Positions 53,775 to 62,766 of a stretch of DNA of 64,000 nucleotides are shown here, one piece after another. Below the pieces are notes generated by a model. It saw only the letters and a list, made by a program, of their open reading frames with translations. It had not been told where the DNA came from and made no database searches. Every line of letters starts with the position of its first letter. Position 1 is the stretch's first letter. Made by a program: the position numbers and the translations under genes. Source of the DNA: Dehalococcoidia bacterium (GTDB lineage Bacteria > Chloroflexota > Dehalococcoidia > Lucifugimonadales > SAR202-VII-2); contig CBDDDS010000002.1 in NCBI GenBank assembly GCA_965226745.1, positions 193,311 to 257,310 on the forward strand. The letters are read 5' to 3'.

Positions 53775-54632
53775 CTATCGTTCGAGGGCGGCGGCGCCGC
53801 CCACGAGGTCCAACAGCTCGTTGGTAATCATTTCCTGCCGCACCTTGTTCATGTGCAGCGTCAGTTCGTCAACCATGTCGTTGGCGCTTTCGGTGGCGTT
53901 GCGCATAGCGACCATCCGCGCCGACTGTTCGCTGGCGTTGTTCTCCAGCACCGCGTGATAGACCAGCATTTCCACGTAGCGCGGAAGCAGCGCCTCCAAT
54001 ACTACGCGGCTGTTCGGCTCATAGATGTAGCCGACCTGCTCGTGGGGCTTCAGGAGGGCAGGCTGGATTGGAAGGAGCTGCCTGACGACCGGGGCCTGAA
54101 GCGTAGTGTTCACGAAGCGGGAGTACGCCAGGAAGACCCGGTCCACGGCGCCTGAGGTATAGTCCTCAGCAATCAGGTAGGAAATGGGAAGCACGTCCGC
54201 GATGCCGGGCCGGTCGCCGATGCCGGTGAACGTTGCCCGCAGGTCCAGCGAGGCTCGCACTATGAAGTCGCGCCCCTTCTTCCCCACCGCAATGACCGAG
54301 ACCGGCGCCTCGCTTTCCAGAATGAATTGGCCCGAGGCGCGGTTCATGTTGGAAGGCAGACCGCCGCAGAGGCCTCTGTCAGGTGTGACGTGCACCACCT
54401 GGACGCGCTCCACGGGCCTGCTTTGCAGCAGCGCAGGGGCCTTCTCGCCTTGTTCCTGGGCGGCCAGGTTGGCGAGCAGGGCATCCAGGCGTTCGGCGTA
54501 GGGCCGGGCGGCCAGGACCTGCTGCTGGGCGCGGCGCATCTTGGAGGCGGCCACCATCTCCATGGCCTTGGTGACCTTGGCGGTGTTCTGCACGCTTCGG
54601 ATGCGGCGTCTGATTTGTCGTAGGCTGGGCAT
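53775..54632 (-). CDS. atpG: F1 ATP synthase subunit gamma
   Basis: Start ATG 54632 (MPSLRQIRRRIRSVQNTAKVTKAMEMVAASKMRRAQ). The track ORF extends to 54806. Confidence 0.9.
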   Translation of the reverse strand: MPSLRQIRRRIRSVQNTAKVTKAMEMVAASKMRRAQQQVLAARPYAERLDALLANLAAQEQGEKAPALLQSRPVERVQVVHVTPDRGLCGGLPSNMNRASGQFILESEAPVSVIAVGKKGRDFIVRASLDLRATFTGIGDRPGIADVLPISYLIAEDYTSGAVDRVFLAYSRFVNTTLQAPVVRQLLPIQPALLKPHEQVGYIYEPNSRVVLEALLPRYVEMLVYHAVLENNASEQSARMVAMRNATESANDMVDELTLHMNKVRQEMITNELLDLVGGAAALER

Positions 54633-54663
54633 ACTCTCTCGGTGACTCGCTTGGGAGCGTCCC

Positions 54664-56190
54664 CTACGCGGCGAATCCCTTCTTGAACTCCTCGATAGCG
54701 TTCCGCAACTGACCTTCCGTCTCCTCGTCGAGGCTCTTGGTCTCAATGATGCGCTGTCCGACCTCGGGGTGCACCGAGTCCATGAAACGGTGGAACTCCT
54801 CCTCAAAGCGATGGACTTGCTCGTTGGGAATGTCGTCTAGCAGGCCGTTGACGGCGGCGTAGATGATGGCGACCTGCCGCTCTAGGAGGACAGGCTGGTT
54901 CTGGCGCTGCTTGAGGACCTCTGTTGCCCGCTGGCCCCGCTCCAATTGTTGCCGGGTGGCGGCGTCCAGGTCGGCGGTGCCGAATTGAGCGAACGCCGCG
55001 AGGGCGCGGTACTGGGCGAGGTCCAAGCGCAGCCTTCCCGCCACGCGTCTCATGGCGCGGGTTTGGGCCGCTCCACCCACCCGGGACACAGAGAGGCCCA
55101 CGTTCACCGCAGGCCTGATGCCGGCATTGAACATGTCCGATTCCAGATAGATCTGCCCATCGGTGATGGAAATGACGTTCGTGGGGATGTAGGCGCTCAC
55201 GTCGCCCGCCTGGGTTTCGATGATGGGCAGCGCCGTCAGCGACCCGCCCCCGTGCTCGTCGTTCATGCGGGCGGCCCGCTCCAGCAGGCGGCTGTGAAGG
55301 TAGAAGACGTCTCCGGGGTAGGCCTCCCGGCCCGGGGGCCTACGCAGGAGCAATGAGAGTTGGCGGTAAGCCCAGGCGTGCTTGGACAGGTCGTCATAGA
55401 CAATGAGGGCGTCCCTGCCCTGCTCCATGAACCATTCGCCGATGGCGCAGCCTGCGTAGGGGGCCAGATACTGAAGCGGCGCCGGGTCTGAGGCGTTGGC
55501 GGCAACGACCACGGTATGCTCCATGGCCCCGTGCTCTTCCAACGTGGCAACGACCTGGGTTACCTTGCTGGCCTTCTGGCCCACGGCGACATAGATGCAG
55601 AAGAGGTCGCCGCCCTTCTGGTTGATGATGGCGTCTATGGCAACGGCGCTCTTGCCGGTGAAGCGGTCGCCAATGATCAGCTCCCGTTGGCCCCGGCCAA
55701 TAGGAATCATGCCGTCTATGGCCTTGATTCCGGTCTGCACCGGGGTGTCCACTCCCTTGCGGGCCACGACGTTGGGAGCGATGCGCTCCACGGGGCGGGT
55801 CTCCGAGGCGTCGATGGGGCCGCGCCCGTCCAGGGGACGGCCCAGCGGGTCAACGACTCGGCCGATGAGGCTGTCGCCGACGGGAACTTCAGCCACGCGG
55901 CCGGTGGAGCGGGCCTCGTCGCCTTCCTTGATGATTCTGGCGTTGCCAAGGATCACGGCTCCGACCGTGTTCTCCTCCAGGTTCAAGGCGAGGGCTGTGA
56001 CGGCGTCACCTCCCTGGCTGGGGATGAGTTCCAGCAGCTCGCCGTAGCTGGCGCCCGACAGGCCGTGGATGCGGGCGATGCCGTCGCCGACTTCCGTGAC
56101 GACGCCGGCGTCCACCATGGTGACCTGGCCGCCGAAGCCCTCTATTTGCCGCTTGATGACCGAGGCGATGTCTTGACCGCGCCCTGCCAT
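54664..56190 (-). CDS. atpA: F1 ATP synthase subunit alpha
   Basis: Start ATG 56190 preceded by GGGAGG. Walker A GDRFTGKS. Confidence 0.95.
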   Translation of the reverse strand: MAGRGQDIASVIKRQIEGFGGQVTMVDAGVVTEVGDGIARIHGLSGASYGELLELIPSQGGDAVTALALNLEENTVGAVILGNARIIKEGDEARSTGRVAEVPVGDSLIGRVVDPLGRPLDGRGPIDASETRPVERIAPNVVARKGVDTPVQTGIKAIDGMIPIGRGQRELIIGDRFTGKSAVAIDAIINQKGGDLFCIYVAVGQKASKVTQVVATLEEHGAMEHTVVVAANASDPAPLQYLAPYAGCAIGEWFMEQGRDALIVYDDLSKHAWAYRQLSLLLRRPPGREAYPGDVFYLHSRLLERAARMNDEHGGGSLTALPIIETQAGDVSAYIPTNVISITDGQIYLESDMFNAGIRPAVNVGLSVSRVGGAAQTRAMRRVAGRLRLDLAQYRALAAFAQFGTADLDAATRQQLERGQRATEVLKQRQNQPVLLERQVAIIYAAVNGLLDDIPNEQVHRFEEEFHRFMDSVHPEVGQRIIETKSLDEETEGQLRNAIEEFKKGFAA

Positions 56191-56343
56191 ATTCCTACCT
56201 CCCGTGGAGCGAAGCCCCACCCTTCCGGTTAAGCAAATTCGTTTAGACAGTCATCGGGTCAGCGATAACCGTTTGATTGTTTGTTGGCGTTGTGTAGCTA
56301 TTTGATTGTTTGTCGACGCACGAAAGCCGTTAAACCCGGGGAC

Positions 56344-56907
56344 TCAAGGGGCCAGCCTTCCATCTCTTGGGGCACCCTCCCGGAGGGCGCCCTTGAGCTG
56401 CAGAAGCCTCGACTTGGTGGAGCCGTCGATGAGCTTGTCGCCGACGCGGGCGACGAAACCGCCCAGGATGGACTCGTCCACTTCCAGGTCTACGACAACC
56501 TCGCCTCCGGTGATCTCGCGGAGCCGGGAGGCGATCCTGGCCTCCTCCGCGGGTTCGAGGGCAACGGCGGTCTTCACCCGGGCCCGCTGCACTCCCCTGT
56601 GGCGGTCGATCAGCCTCCGGTATTCCCCTGCGATGCCGGAGATGAGGGGCAGGGCGCTCTTCGAGAGGAGCAGGGCCACGAGATTGTGCAACAGCGGGTC
56701 CACCGGCGGTATCACGCGGTCAAGCAGGGTCAACCGCTGCTCCGGAGCGAGACCCGGCGTCTGGAGATGCGGTATCAGCTCCGTGGAGACCAGGGTGTCG
56801 GCGACGGTGGCAAGTTGCTCATACCATTCGTCGAGGCGGTCCTGTTCCTGGGCCAGCGAAAAGACCGCTTCCGCGTAGCGCTTTGCCGCGACAGCGCCGC
56901 CGGGCAT
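56344..56907 (-). CDS. atpH: F1 ATP synthase subunit delta
   Basis: 187-aa OSCP-like ORF located between atpF and atpA. Confidence 0.85.
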   Translation of the reverse strand: MPGGAVAAKRYAEAVFSLAQEQDRLDEWYEQLATVADTLVSTELIPHLQTPGLAPEQRLTLLDRVIPPVDPLLHNLVALLLSKSALPLISGIAGEYRRLIDRHRGVQRARVKTAVALEPAEEARIASRLREITGGEVVVDLEVDESILGGFVARVGDKLIDGSTKSRLLQLKGALREGAPRDGRLAP

Positions 56908-56910
56908 ACG

Positions 56911-57450
56911 CTAGTTCCTCCCCAGCCCGGAGCTCTCTTCGAGCACGCGTTCCACGAGCTCTCGATGGGCGCCCCGGTCCAGGGAACGGCCGATGACCTG
57001 TTCCGCCGCCTGGATTGCCAGGTCGGCAAACTGACGCCTCACCTCGGCGACCGCCTCGTCCCGCTCGCGTTGGATCTCTTCGCGGGCGCGGGCCGTGAGA
57101 CGCTCGGCCTCTTCGCGGGCACGGTCCATTTCCTGTTGGCGGACCTGGCCGGCGACCTGGCGGGCCTGCTCCAGCATGCGCTGGCTCTCCTGCCTCCCTT
57201 CCTGAAGCTGGTGCTCCAGCTCCTCTCGCTGGTGCTGGGCTTCCTGGCGCACGCGGCCGGCCTCGTCCAGGCTTTCCTGAATGGTCTGACGCCGATTGTC
57301 CAGCATGCGGAGGATGGGCTTGTAGGCCACCAGGTACAGGAGCGCCAGCAGGATGCCAAAGTTAACGACATAGACGAGCAGGCTAATGCCGTCTATGCCA
57401 AGAGCCCCAATGCCTGAGGACTCTTCGGCCAACACAGGTGCAAGCAACAC
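56911..57450 (-). CDS. atpF: Fo ATP synthase subunit b
   Basis: One N-terminal TM followed by a long charged helix. The GTG start is preceded by GGGAGG. Confidence 0.85.
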   Translation of the reverse strand: MLLAPVLAEESSGIGALGIDGISLLVYVVNFGILLALLYLVAYKPILRMLDNRRQTIQESLDEAGRVRQEAQHQREELEHQLQEGRQESQRMLEQARQVAGQVRQQEMDRAREEAERLTARAREEIQRERDEAVAEVRRQFADLAIQAAEQVIGRSLDRGAHRELVERVLEESSGLGRN

Positions 57451-57478
57451 GATGCCTCCCTAGCGCCTTGCCAACCGG

Positions 57479-57712
57479 CTAGGCCACGAAAACGAGCAAA
57501 ATGGCCACGACGAGCACGTAGATACCGATGGCCTCTGCGAAGGCAATGGCCAGGATCATATTGGGCAGGATGGCCCCTCTGGCCTCCGGGTTCCGTCCCA
57601 GGGCGTTCATTGCGGCGGCGCCCAGGATTCCAATGCCCAAGCCCGGCCCAAGCATACCCAGGCCCGCGGCCAGTCCAACGGCCAACATTCTTACGGCTTC
57701 AGTCTCGATCAT
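57479..57712 (-). CDS. atpE: Fo ATP synthase subunit c
   Basis: 77-aa hairpin proteolipid with GxGxGxG (GLGMLGPGLGIG) and the essential Glu in AFAEAIGIY. A GAGGAGG SD is present. Confidence 0.9.
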   Translation of the reverse strand: MIETEAVRMLAVGLAAGLGMLGPGLGIGILGAAAMNALGRNPEARGAILPNMILAIAFAEAIGIYVLVVAILLVFVA

Positions 57713-57799
57713 CTAGTCCTCCTCATGCTCTAGTCTCATGGGGCCCTGCGCGCCCCTTCTTCTCCATGCGGCCAATCAACGACGCCAACCAGCGCCCTG

Positions 57800-57967
57800 C
57801 GCTAGTTATCGTCCCCAGGGAGGTTGTGCGCGACCACCATCTTAACCGTTCCTCGTACCCGATAGGAAGGAGGGGTCCCCCTTCCTATCCTTCCCCCGTA
57901 ACCGGGGGAAGGGACGGGAGATGCTCCCGCCTCGCGCCTGCAACTGTACGATCCCTGGGAAGTACAG
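57800..57967. repeat. cluster of four hairpins plus repeat fragments in the atpB-atpE spacer
   Basis: Hairpins at 57862..57888, 57889..57912 (H3 family, CCTTCCCCCG-taac-CGGGGGAAGG), 57915..57929 and 57944..57967. TCGTCCCCAGGGAGGTTGTGCGCG at ~57809 matches 17825..17848. Confidence 0.6.
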
Positions 57968-58882
57968 CTATTCGTGGGCCTCCTCGTGGGGGGCCACTGC
58001 CACCGAAGTGAAGGCAAGCGTCAGTCCGGCAAAGATGAGCGCTTGCACAAACCCAACCAACAACTCCAATCCATAGAACACGATGGAAACGACGAACGAG
58101 GCCAGGAACGTGGACATCACCAGCACGATTTCACCGGCGGTCATGTTGCCAAAGAGACGGAAGGTGAAGCTGAGCACCCGCGTCCCGTGGCTGAAAATCT
58201 CCAGGATGCCAACGAACACATCTATGGCGCCCATGAAGATGAGGCCGATGTTGAGCCGACGCAGGCCGCGGCCCAGAGTCTTGACGCGCACGAACTCGGA
58301 CAGGTAGCCCGGGCCGTGGGCCCTCAGTCCCCAGAACTCGATGGCGACCAGGGAGACAATGGCCAGGGCCAGCGGCATGTTCAGGTCGGTCCCGGCGGAG
58401 CGGAACAGGTGGGCCTGAACGTTGCCGGCCAACTCGTGGCCCTCCGGATAGATCAGCCCAACGCTGGGGTAGATGGGAAGGAGGGCGATCCAGGAGTTGA
58501 AGGCGACAAAGAGGAAAATGGTGGCGATAAGCGGGAAGAAGCGCCTGCCGTTCTGCTCTCCGACGACGCTGGCAACGAAGTTGAACAATTGCTCGATGAT
58601 GATTTCAAGGACATTCTGGAGCCCCCGGGGCACAACGGACATGCGGCGGGTGGTTATGGCAAAGACAATCACGAGGCCGGCGGTGACGAGCCAGGCGGAT
58701 AGCAGGGTGTTGGTGACCTTGAAGGCCCCCAGGTGAAAGATGGCCTGGGGCGCCAAGTGGAACTCCGGGGTTGAAAGGAGGGGTTCCCTGCCAAATAGAT
58801 TAGCTCCGACGACCCCTGTCACCACCCCAGTGAGCGCAAGGGCCACCGCTATGATTCCGAAGGGTATCAGGACTCTTCGCAC
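57968..58882 (-). CDS. atpB: Fo ATP synthase subunit a
   Basis: 304-aa multi-TM ORF with the conserved FRLFGNMTAGE motif carrying the essential Arg. Confidence 0.9.
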   Translation of the reverse strand: MRRVLIPFGIIAVALALTGVVTGVVGANLFGREPLLSTPEFHLAPQAIFHLGAFKVTNTLLSAWLVTAGLVIVFAITTRRMSVVPRGLQNVLEIIIEQLFNFVASVVGEQNGRRFFPLIATIFLFVAFNSWIALLPIYPSVGLIYPEGHELAGNVQAHLFRSAGTDLNMPLALAIVSLVAIEFWGLRAHGPGYLSEFVRVKTLGRGLRRLNIGLIFMGAIDVFVGILEIFSHGTRVLSFTFRLFGNMTAGEIVLVMSTFLASFVVSIVFYGLELLVGFVQALIFAGLTLAFTSVAVAPHEEAHE

Positions 58883-58891
58883 CGGCGCGTT

Positions 58892-59134
58892 TTACACCTC
58901 AGAGTTTTTGCCGTCGTCGCCACCGGAGTACATGAGCGGCGCCACCATCCGGTACAAGCCATAGAAGCCCAGGGCCACTCCCAGCAGCAAACCGATAACC
59001 GTCAGGAGAGGAGTCGTGCCCAACCGGCCGTCCAGCCACAAGCCGCCGAGCGTACCTCCCACAATGCAGAGCGCCACATACCATCCCAAGCCGACGACTT
59101 CGGCCAACAGGACCGGAGTCTTCTTGTTTTTCAT
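58892..59134 (-). CDS. AtpZ/AtpI-like small membrane protein
   Basis: 80-aa ORF with two TM helices, the first gene of the atp operon. Confidence 0.6.
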   Translation of the reverse strand: MKNKKTPVLLAEVVGLGWYVALCIVGGTLGGLWLDGRLGTTPLLTVIGLLLGVALGFYGLYRMVAPLMYSGGDDGKNSEV

Positions 59135-59152
59135 GACGCTTCAACCGTGCGA

Positions 59153-59181
59153 ATGATACTACACTACCAAAACTGCGTCAA
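59153..59181 (-). promoter_or_regulatory. sigma70-like promoter candidate for the atp operon
   Basis: The minus strand reads TTGACG, a 17-nt spacer, then TATCAT. It ends 19 nt upstream of the atpZ ATG. Confidence 0.45.
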
Positions 59182-59307
59182 TCGAGAGAGATGGCGATTT
59201 ACAGGGATGCCGGCGCTCGTTACCACCTTGAATCGACACCGCTCACCCGTTGTGGGGAGGGGTTTCGACGCAGTTGGCCCTGTTGCCGGAGCATTGCAGT
59301 GCCGGGG

Positions 59308-59862
59308 TCACTGCTCCTTTCGTTCCCCTCCCGGGTCGAAGTCCTCCATGTCCAACGTCTGGATGAAGTCCTTGAACGCGGATAGGCGCTCTATCTCGGC
59401 GGCGTCCACGGGCTTGTTGCCCTGCTCGCCGCCGTCGGCCTCGATGGGGCGGCCCGTTTCCTTGTCCAAGAGGACGCCGGCCTTGTCGAGCACGCTCTCG
59501 TGGGCAAAGATGGGAGCCTGGGTCCTAACGGCCAGGGCTATGGCGTCGCTGGGCCGCGAGTCGACCTCGATTTCCTTGCCGTTGCTCTTGATGATGACCT
59601 TGGCGTAGAACGTGTCGTTGTTCAGGTCGGTGACAACGATATGGCTCACCGCGGCGCCGAGAGATTCGAGCATCGAGCGCAGAAGGTCGTGGGTGAGGGG
59701 CCGGGGCACGGTAACGTCCTGAAGCTTCACCGCGATGGCATCGGCTTCGGCGGGGCCGATCCAGATGGGCAGATACCGGTCCGACACCTTTTCCTTGAGG
59801 ATGACAACCCGCTGGTAGTTCATCAGGCTCACCCGGATGCTGTCGATGACCATTTCCATCAT
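59308..59862 (-). CDS. bifunctional nuclease (DUF151/BFN) family protein
   Basis: VVILKEKVSDRYLPIWIGPAEADAIA...PRPLTHDLL is the BFN signature. The start is ATG 59862 or nearby. Confidence 0.75.
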   Translation of the reverse strand: MMEMVIDSIRVSLMNYQRVVILKEKVSDRYLPIWIGPAEADAIAVKLQDVTVPRPLTHDLLRSMLESLGAAVSHIVVTDLNNDTFYAKVIIKSNGKEIEVDSRPSDAIALAVRTQAPIFAHESVLDKAGVLLDKETGRPIEADGGEQGNKPVDAAEIERLSAFKDFIQTLDMEDFDPGGERKEQ

Positions 59863-60105
59863 GGCTTGGTCCCTCCCTTGCATCCTCGGTTGAACAACGA
59901 TTCTAGTCCCCGCCCGTTTGGAGTGTCAATGAACGGAAGGCGCAGGGGAGGACGCTTCCTAGCCTTCCCACGAGTATTAGGGAAGGCCTAGGAAGGATTC
60001 CGCTTTGCGGGTGTTCCGTGATGTTCCGGGGAAGCATCCTTGGCTTGAGGGGGTCGTCCTTGCCCGCTAGGGTAGCCATAGCTATACTTGAATGAAAGGA
60101 GCTTG

Positions 60106-62463
60106 GTGAAAATAATGGACTACGGCCACCAGGCTGGGTCCGCCGACGCGGACAGCGTGGAATTCTCCGACCTCTTGGCCAAAGCTGAGACGTACCTCCC
60201 CAAGGAGCGCCTCAGCTTCCTACAGGACGCCTGCGACTATGCCGACGCCTGCCATGCCGGCCAGACGCGGCGCTCCGGCGACCCCTACATCGTCCATCCG
60301 CTGAGCACCGCCCTGTTCCTGGCCGATCTGCATCTCGACGCTCAGACCCTTGCCGCCTGCCTCCTCCATGACGTGATGGAGGATTGCGGCGTGAGCCTCC
60401 GGGAGCTCGAGGAGCGGTTCGGTCCGGAAGTGGCAAAGCTGGTGGACGGGGTGACCAAGCTGACGCAGCTGGACCTGATCACCCATGCCGACCCCGAGGC
60501 CCTCCAGCGGGCCCAGGCCGCCAGCGAGAACGCGGGCCACGCAGCCAGCCTCCGCAAGATGCTGGTGGCGATGGCGGAGGATATTCGCGTCGTGTTGATC
60601 AAGCTGGCGGATCGCCTCCACAACATGCAAACGCTCGATGCGCTGTCGCCCGAGAGGCAGAAGGTCATAGCCCAAGAGACGCTGGAGATCTACGCCCCGC
60701 TGGCCCACCGGCTGGGCATCGGCGAGATCAAATGGCGGCTGGAGGACCTGGCCTTCCGCTACGTGAATCCGGTCGCCTACAAGGCGATTTCCTCTCTGAT
60801 CAATGAGAAGCGAGACGAGCGGGAGCAATACGTCACCGAGGTCCTGTCGATCCTGGAGGCCGAGCTCGTCCGGTACGGCATCAAGGCGGAGGTAACCGGA
60901 AGGGCCAAGCACCTGTACAGCGCCTACCACAAGATGAACAAGTACGCCCAGATGGGCCGGGACTTCGGGGAGATCTACGACCTTTTGGCGCTTCGGGTCA
61001 CGGTTGAGACCGTTCCGGAGTGCTACACCGCTTTGGGCGTCGTGCATCAGCTCTGGCATCCAATGCCGGGACAGTTCGACGACTATATAGCCACCCCTAA
61101 GGACAACATGTACCAGTCCCTGCACACCACGGTGATGGGAGTGCGGGGGAAGCCCCTGGAAGTGCAAATCCGCACCTCGGGCATGCACGAGCTGGCCGAG
61201 TACGGGGTTGCCGCCCACTGGCAGTACAAGGAAGGCAGCGCCGCGGACATGCGCTTCGAAGAGAAGATGACGTGGCTTCGCCAGCTTCTGGAATGGCAGC
61301 GGGAAGTTACCGGGCCCGAGGAGTTCATGGAAGGGGTGAAGCTGGACCTCTTCCAGGACCAGGTGTTCGTATATACGCCCAAGGGAGACATCAAGGAACT
61401 CCCCGCCGGCGCAACGCCGATTGACTTTGCCTACCGCATCCACACGGAGGTGGGGCACCGGTGCATCGGCGGGAAGGTGAACGGCAAGCTAGCGCCGCTG
61501 AACTACCGACTGAAGAACGGCGACACCGTTGAGATCCTCGCCAGCAAGGTTGCCCGGGGACCGAGCCTCGACTGGCTCAACATTGACCTTGGATACGTGC
61601 GGTCGGCGAGCGCGCGGGAGCGGATCCGCCAGTGGTTCCGCAAGCAGGAGAGAGGGGCCAACCTGGAGCGCGGACGCGATCTCGTGGCGAAGGAGCTGCG
61701 GCGCGCCGGGACCGACATCACAGCGGCCGAGGCCGCCCGCCTGATGCGTTTGGATACGGTCGAGGACCTCTACGTGGCCGTGGGCAGCGGCTCCATCACG
61801 GTCAGCCAGATCGTTTACCGCATCCACGCCGCTCAGCAGGAGGGTCCCGACAGGCGCCCCCCTGTGGCGATCCCACCCGTGGGGCCAACATCAGGAGTGG
61901 AGGTCCTTGGCGTTGGGGACCTCCTCACGCAGATGGCCCAATGCTGCACGCCCCTGCCCGGCGACGAGATCATCGGCTTCATAACGCGCATGAGAGGCGT
62001 GTCCATCCACCACCAGGACTGTCCCAACATCACTGCGGTGAAGGAAATCGAGCGGCTGGTTCCGGTCAACTGGGGCCGCGTGCAGCAGCTTCACCCCGTG
62101 CAGATCCGCATCGAGGCGTGGGACCGCATGGGTCTGCTGCGGGACATCTCGACGCTGGTGTCCGAGGAGCGGGTCAACATTGCCTCGGTGCTCACGCAGG
62201 AGTACGAACAGGGGAAGATAACCTTCTTCCTGACGTTGTATACTACGGGACTGGACCAGTTGAGCCGATTGTCGGCCAAGCTGGAGGGAATTCAGGGAGT
62301 CCTAGGCGTCACCCGGGCCGCGATGTCAGATGCCCCTGCGTCTAAGGCGGACGGGGCCAAGACCCGGCGGAGCAAAGCGGCCTCCGCGTCCAACGGCGTC
62401 AAGAGCCGCAGCAAGCCTGCGCCGAGGGCCCCGGCGCCCCGGCAGGCCACCAAGACGATATAG
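60106..62463 (+). CDS. relA: bifunctional (p)ppGpp synthetase/hydrolase (RelA/SpoT homologue)
   Basis: HD domain (HPLSTALFLADLHLD...HD), synthetase domain (YKAISS...DYIATPKDNMYQSLHTTV), TGS and ACT regions. The start is GTG 60106 or ATG 60115, both after AAAGGAG. The C-terminal tail is basic. Confidence 0.9.
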   Translation: MKIMDYGHQAGSADADSVEFSDLLAKAETYLPKERLSFLQDACDYADACHAGQTRRSGDPYIVHPLSTALFLADLHLDAQTLAACLLHDVMEDCGVSLRELEERFGPEVAKLVDGVTKLTQLDLITHADPEALQRAQAASENAGHAASLRKMLVAMAEDIRVVLIKLADRLHNMQTLDALSPERQKVIAQETLEIYAPLAHRLGIGEIKWRLEDLAFRYVNPVAYKAISSLINEKRDEREQYVTEVLSILEAELVRYGIKAEVTGRAKHLYSAYHKMNKYAQMGRDFGEIYDLLALRVTVETVPECYTALGVVHQLWHPMPGQFDDYIATPKDNMYQSLHTTVMGVRGKPLEVQIRTSGMHELAEYGVAAHWQYKEGSAADMRFEEKMTWLRQLLEWQREVTGPEEFMEGVKLDLFQDQVFVYTPKGDIKELPAGATPIDFAYRIHTEVGHRCIGGKVNGKLAPLNYRLKNGDTVEILASKVARGPSLDWLNIDLGYVRSASARERIRQWFRKQERGANLERGRDLVAKELRRAGTDITAAEAARLMRLDTVEDLYVAVGSGSITVSQIVYRIHAAQQEGPDRRPPVAIPPVGPTSGVEVLGVGDLLTQMAQCCTPLPGDEIIGFITRMRGVSIHHQDCPNITAVKEIERLVPVNWGRVQQLHPVQIRIEAWDRMGLLRDISTLVSEERVNIASVLTQEYEQGKITFFLTLYTTGLDQLSRLSAKLEGIQGVLGVTRAAMSDAPASKADGAKTRRSKAASASNGVKSRSKPAPRAPAPRQATKTI

Positions 62464-62484
62464 AGAGGATTGAGGGAGGTTCAC

Positions 62485-62742
62485 TTGCCAGCAGAGAAAG
62501 CAGCCAGCAGGGCCCAGTTCCGGGCCGCGGTGAATCGACAGCACCGCACGACCTCTAGGACGATGGTGGCCCGGGCGCGGCGGGCGCTCCAGGGGCCCGA
62601 CCTCGAAGCGGCGGAGCAGGCCGTGCAAGCGGCGGAAAAGGCCCTGGACCACGCCGCCACCAAGGGCGTGCTTCACAGCAACAACGCCTCGCGCCGCAAG
62701 AGCCGCCTCCAGCAGGCGTTGAACAAGCGCCGCGCTAGCTAG
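62485..62742 (+). CDS. rpsT: 30S ribosomal protein S20
   Basis: Small basic all-helical ORF (...HSNNASRRKSRLQQALNKR). TTG 62485 follows GGGAGG. Confidence 0.75.
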   Translation: MPAEKAASRAQFRAAVNRQHRTTSRTMVARARRALQGPDLEAAEQAVQAAEKALDHAATKGVLHSNNASRRKSRLQQALNKRRAS

Positions 62743-62747
62743 CTGAG

Positions 62748-62766
62748 AGGGGGAGGAACCCCCTTT
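62748..62766 (+). terminator. rpsT terminator candidate
   Basis: AGGGGG-aggaa-CCCCCT followed by TT. Confidence 0.45.
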
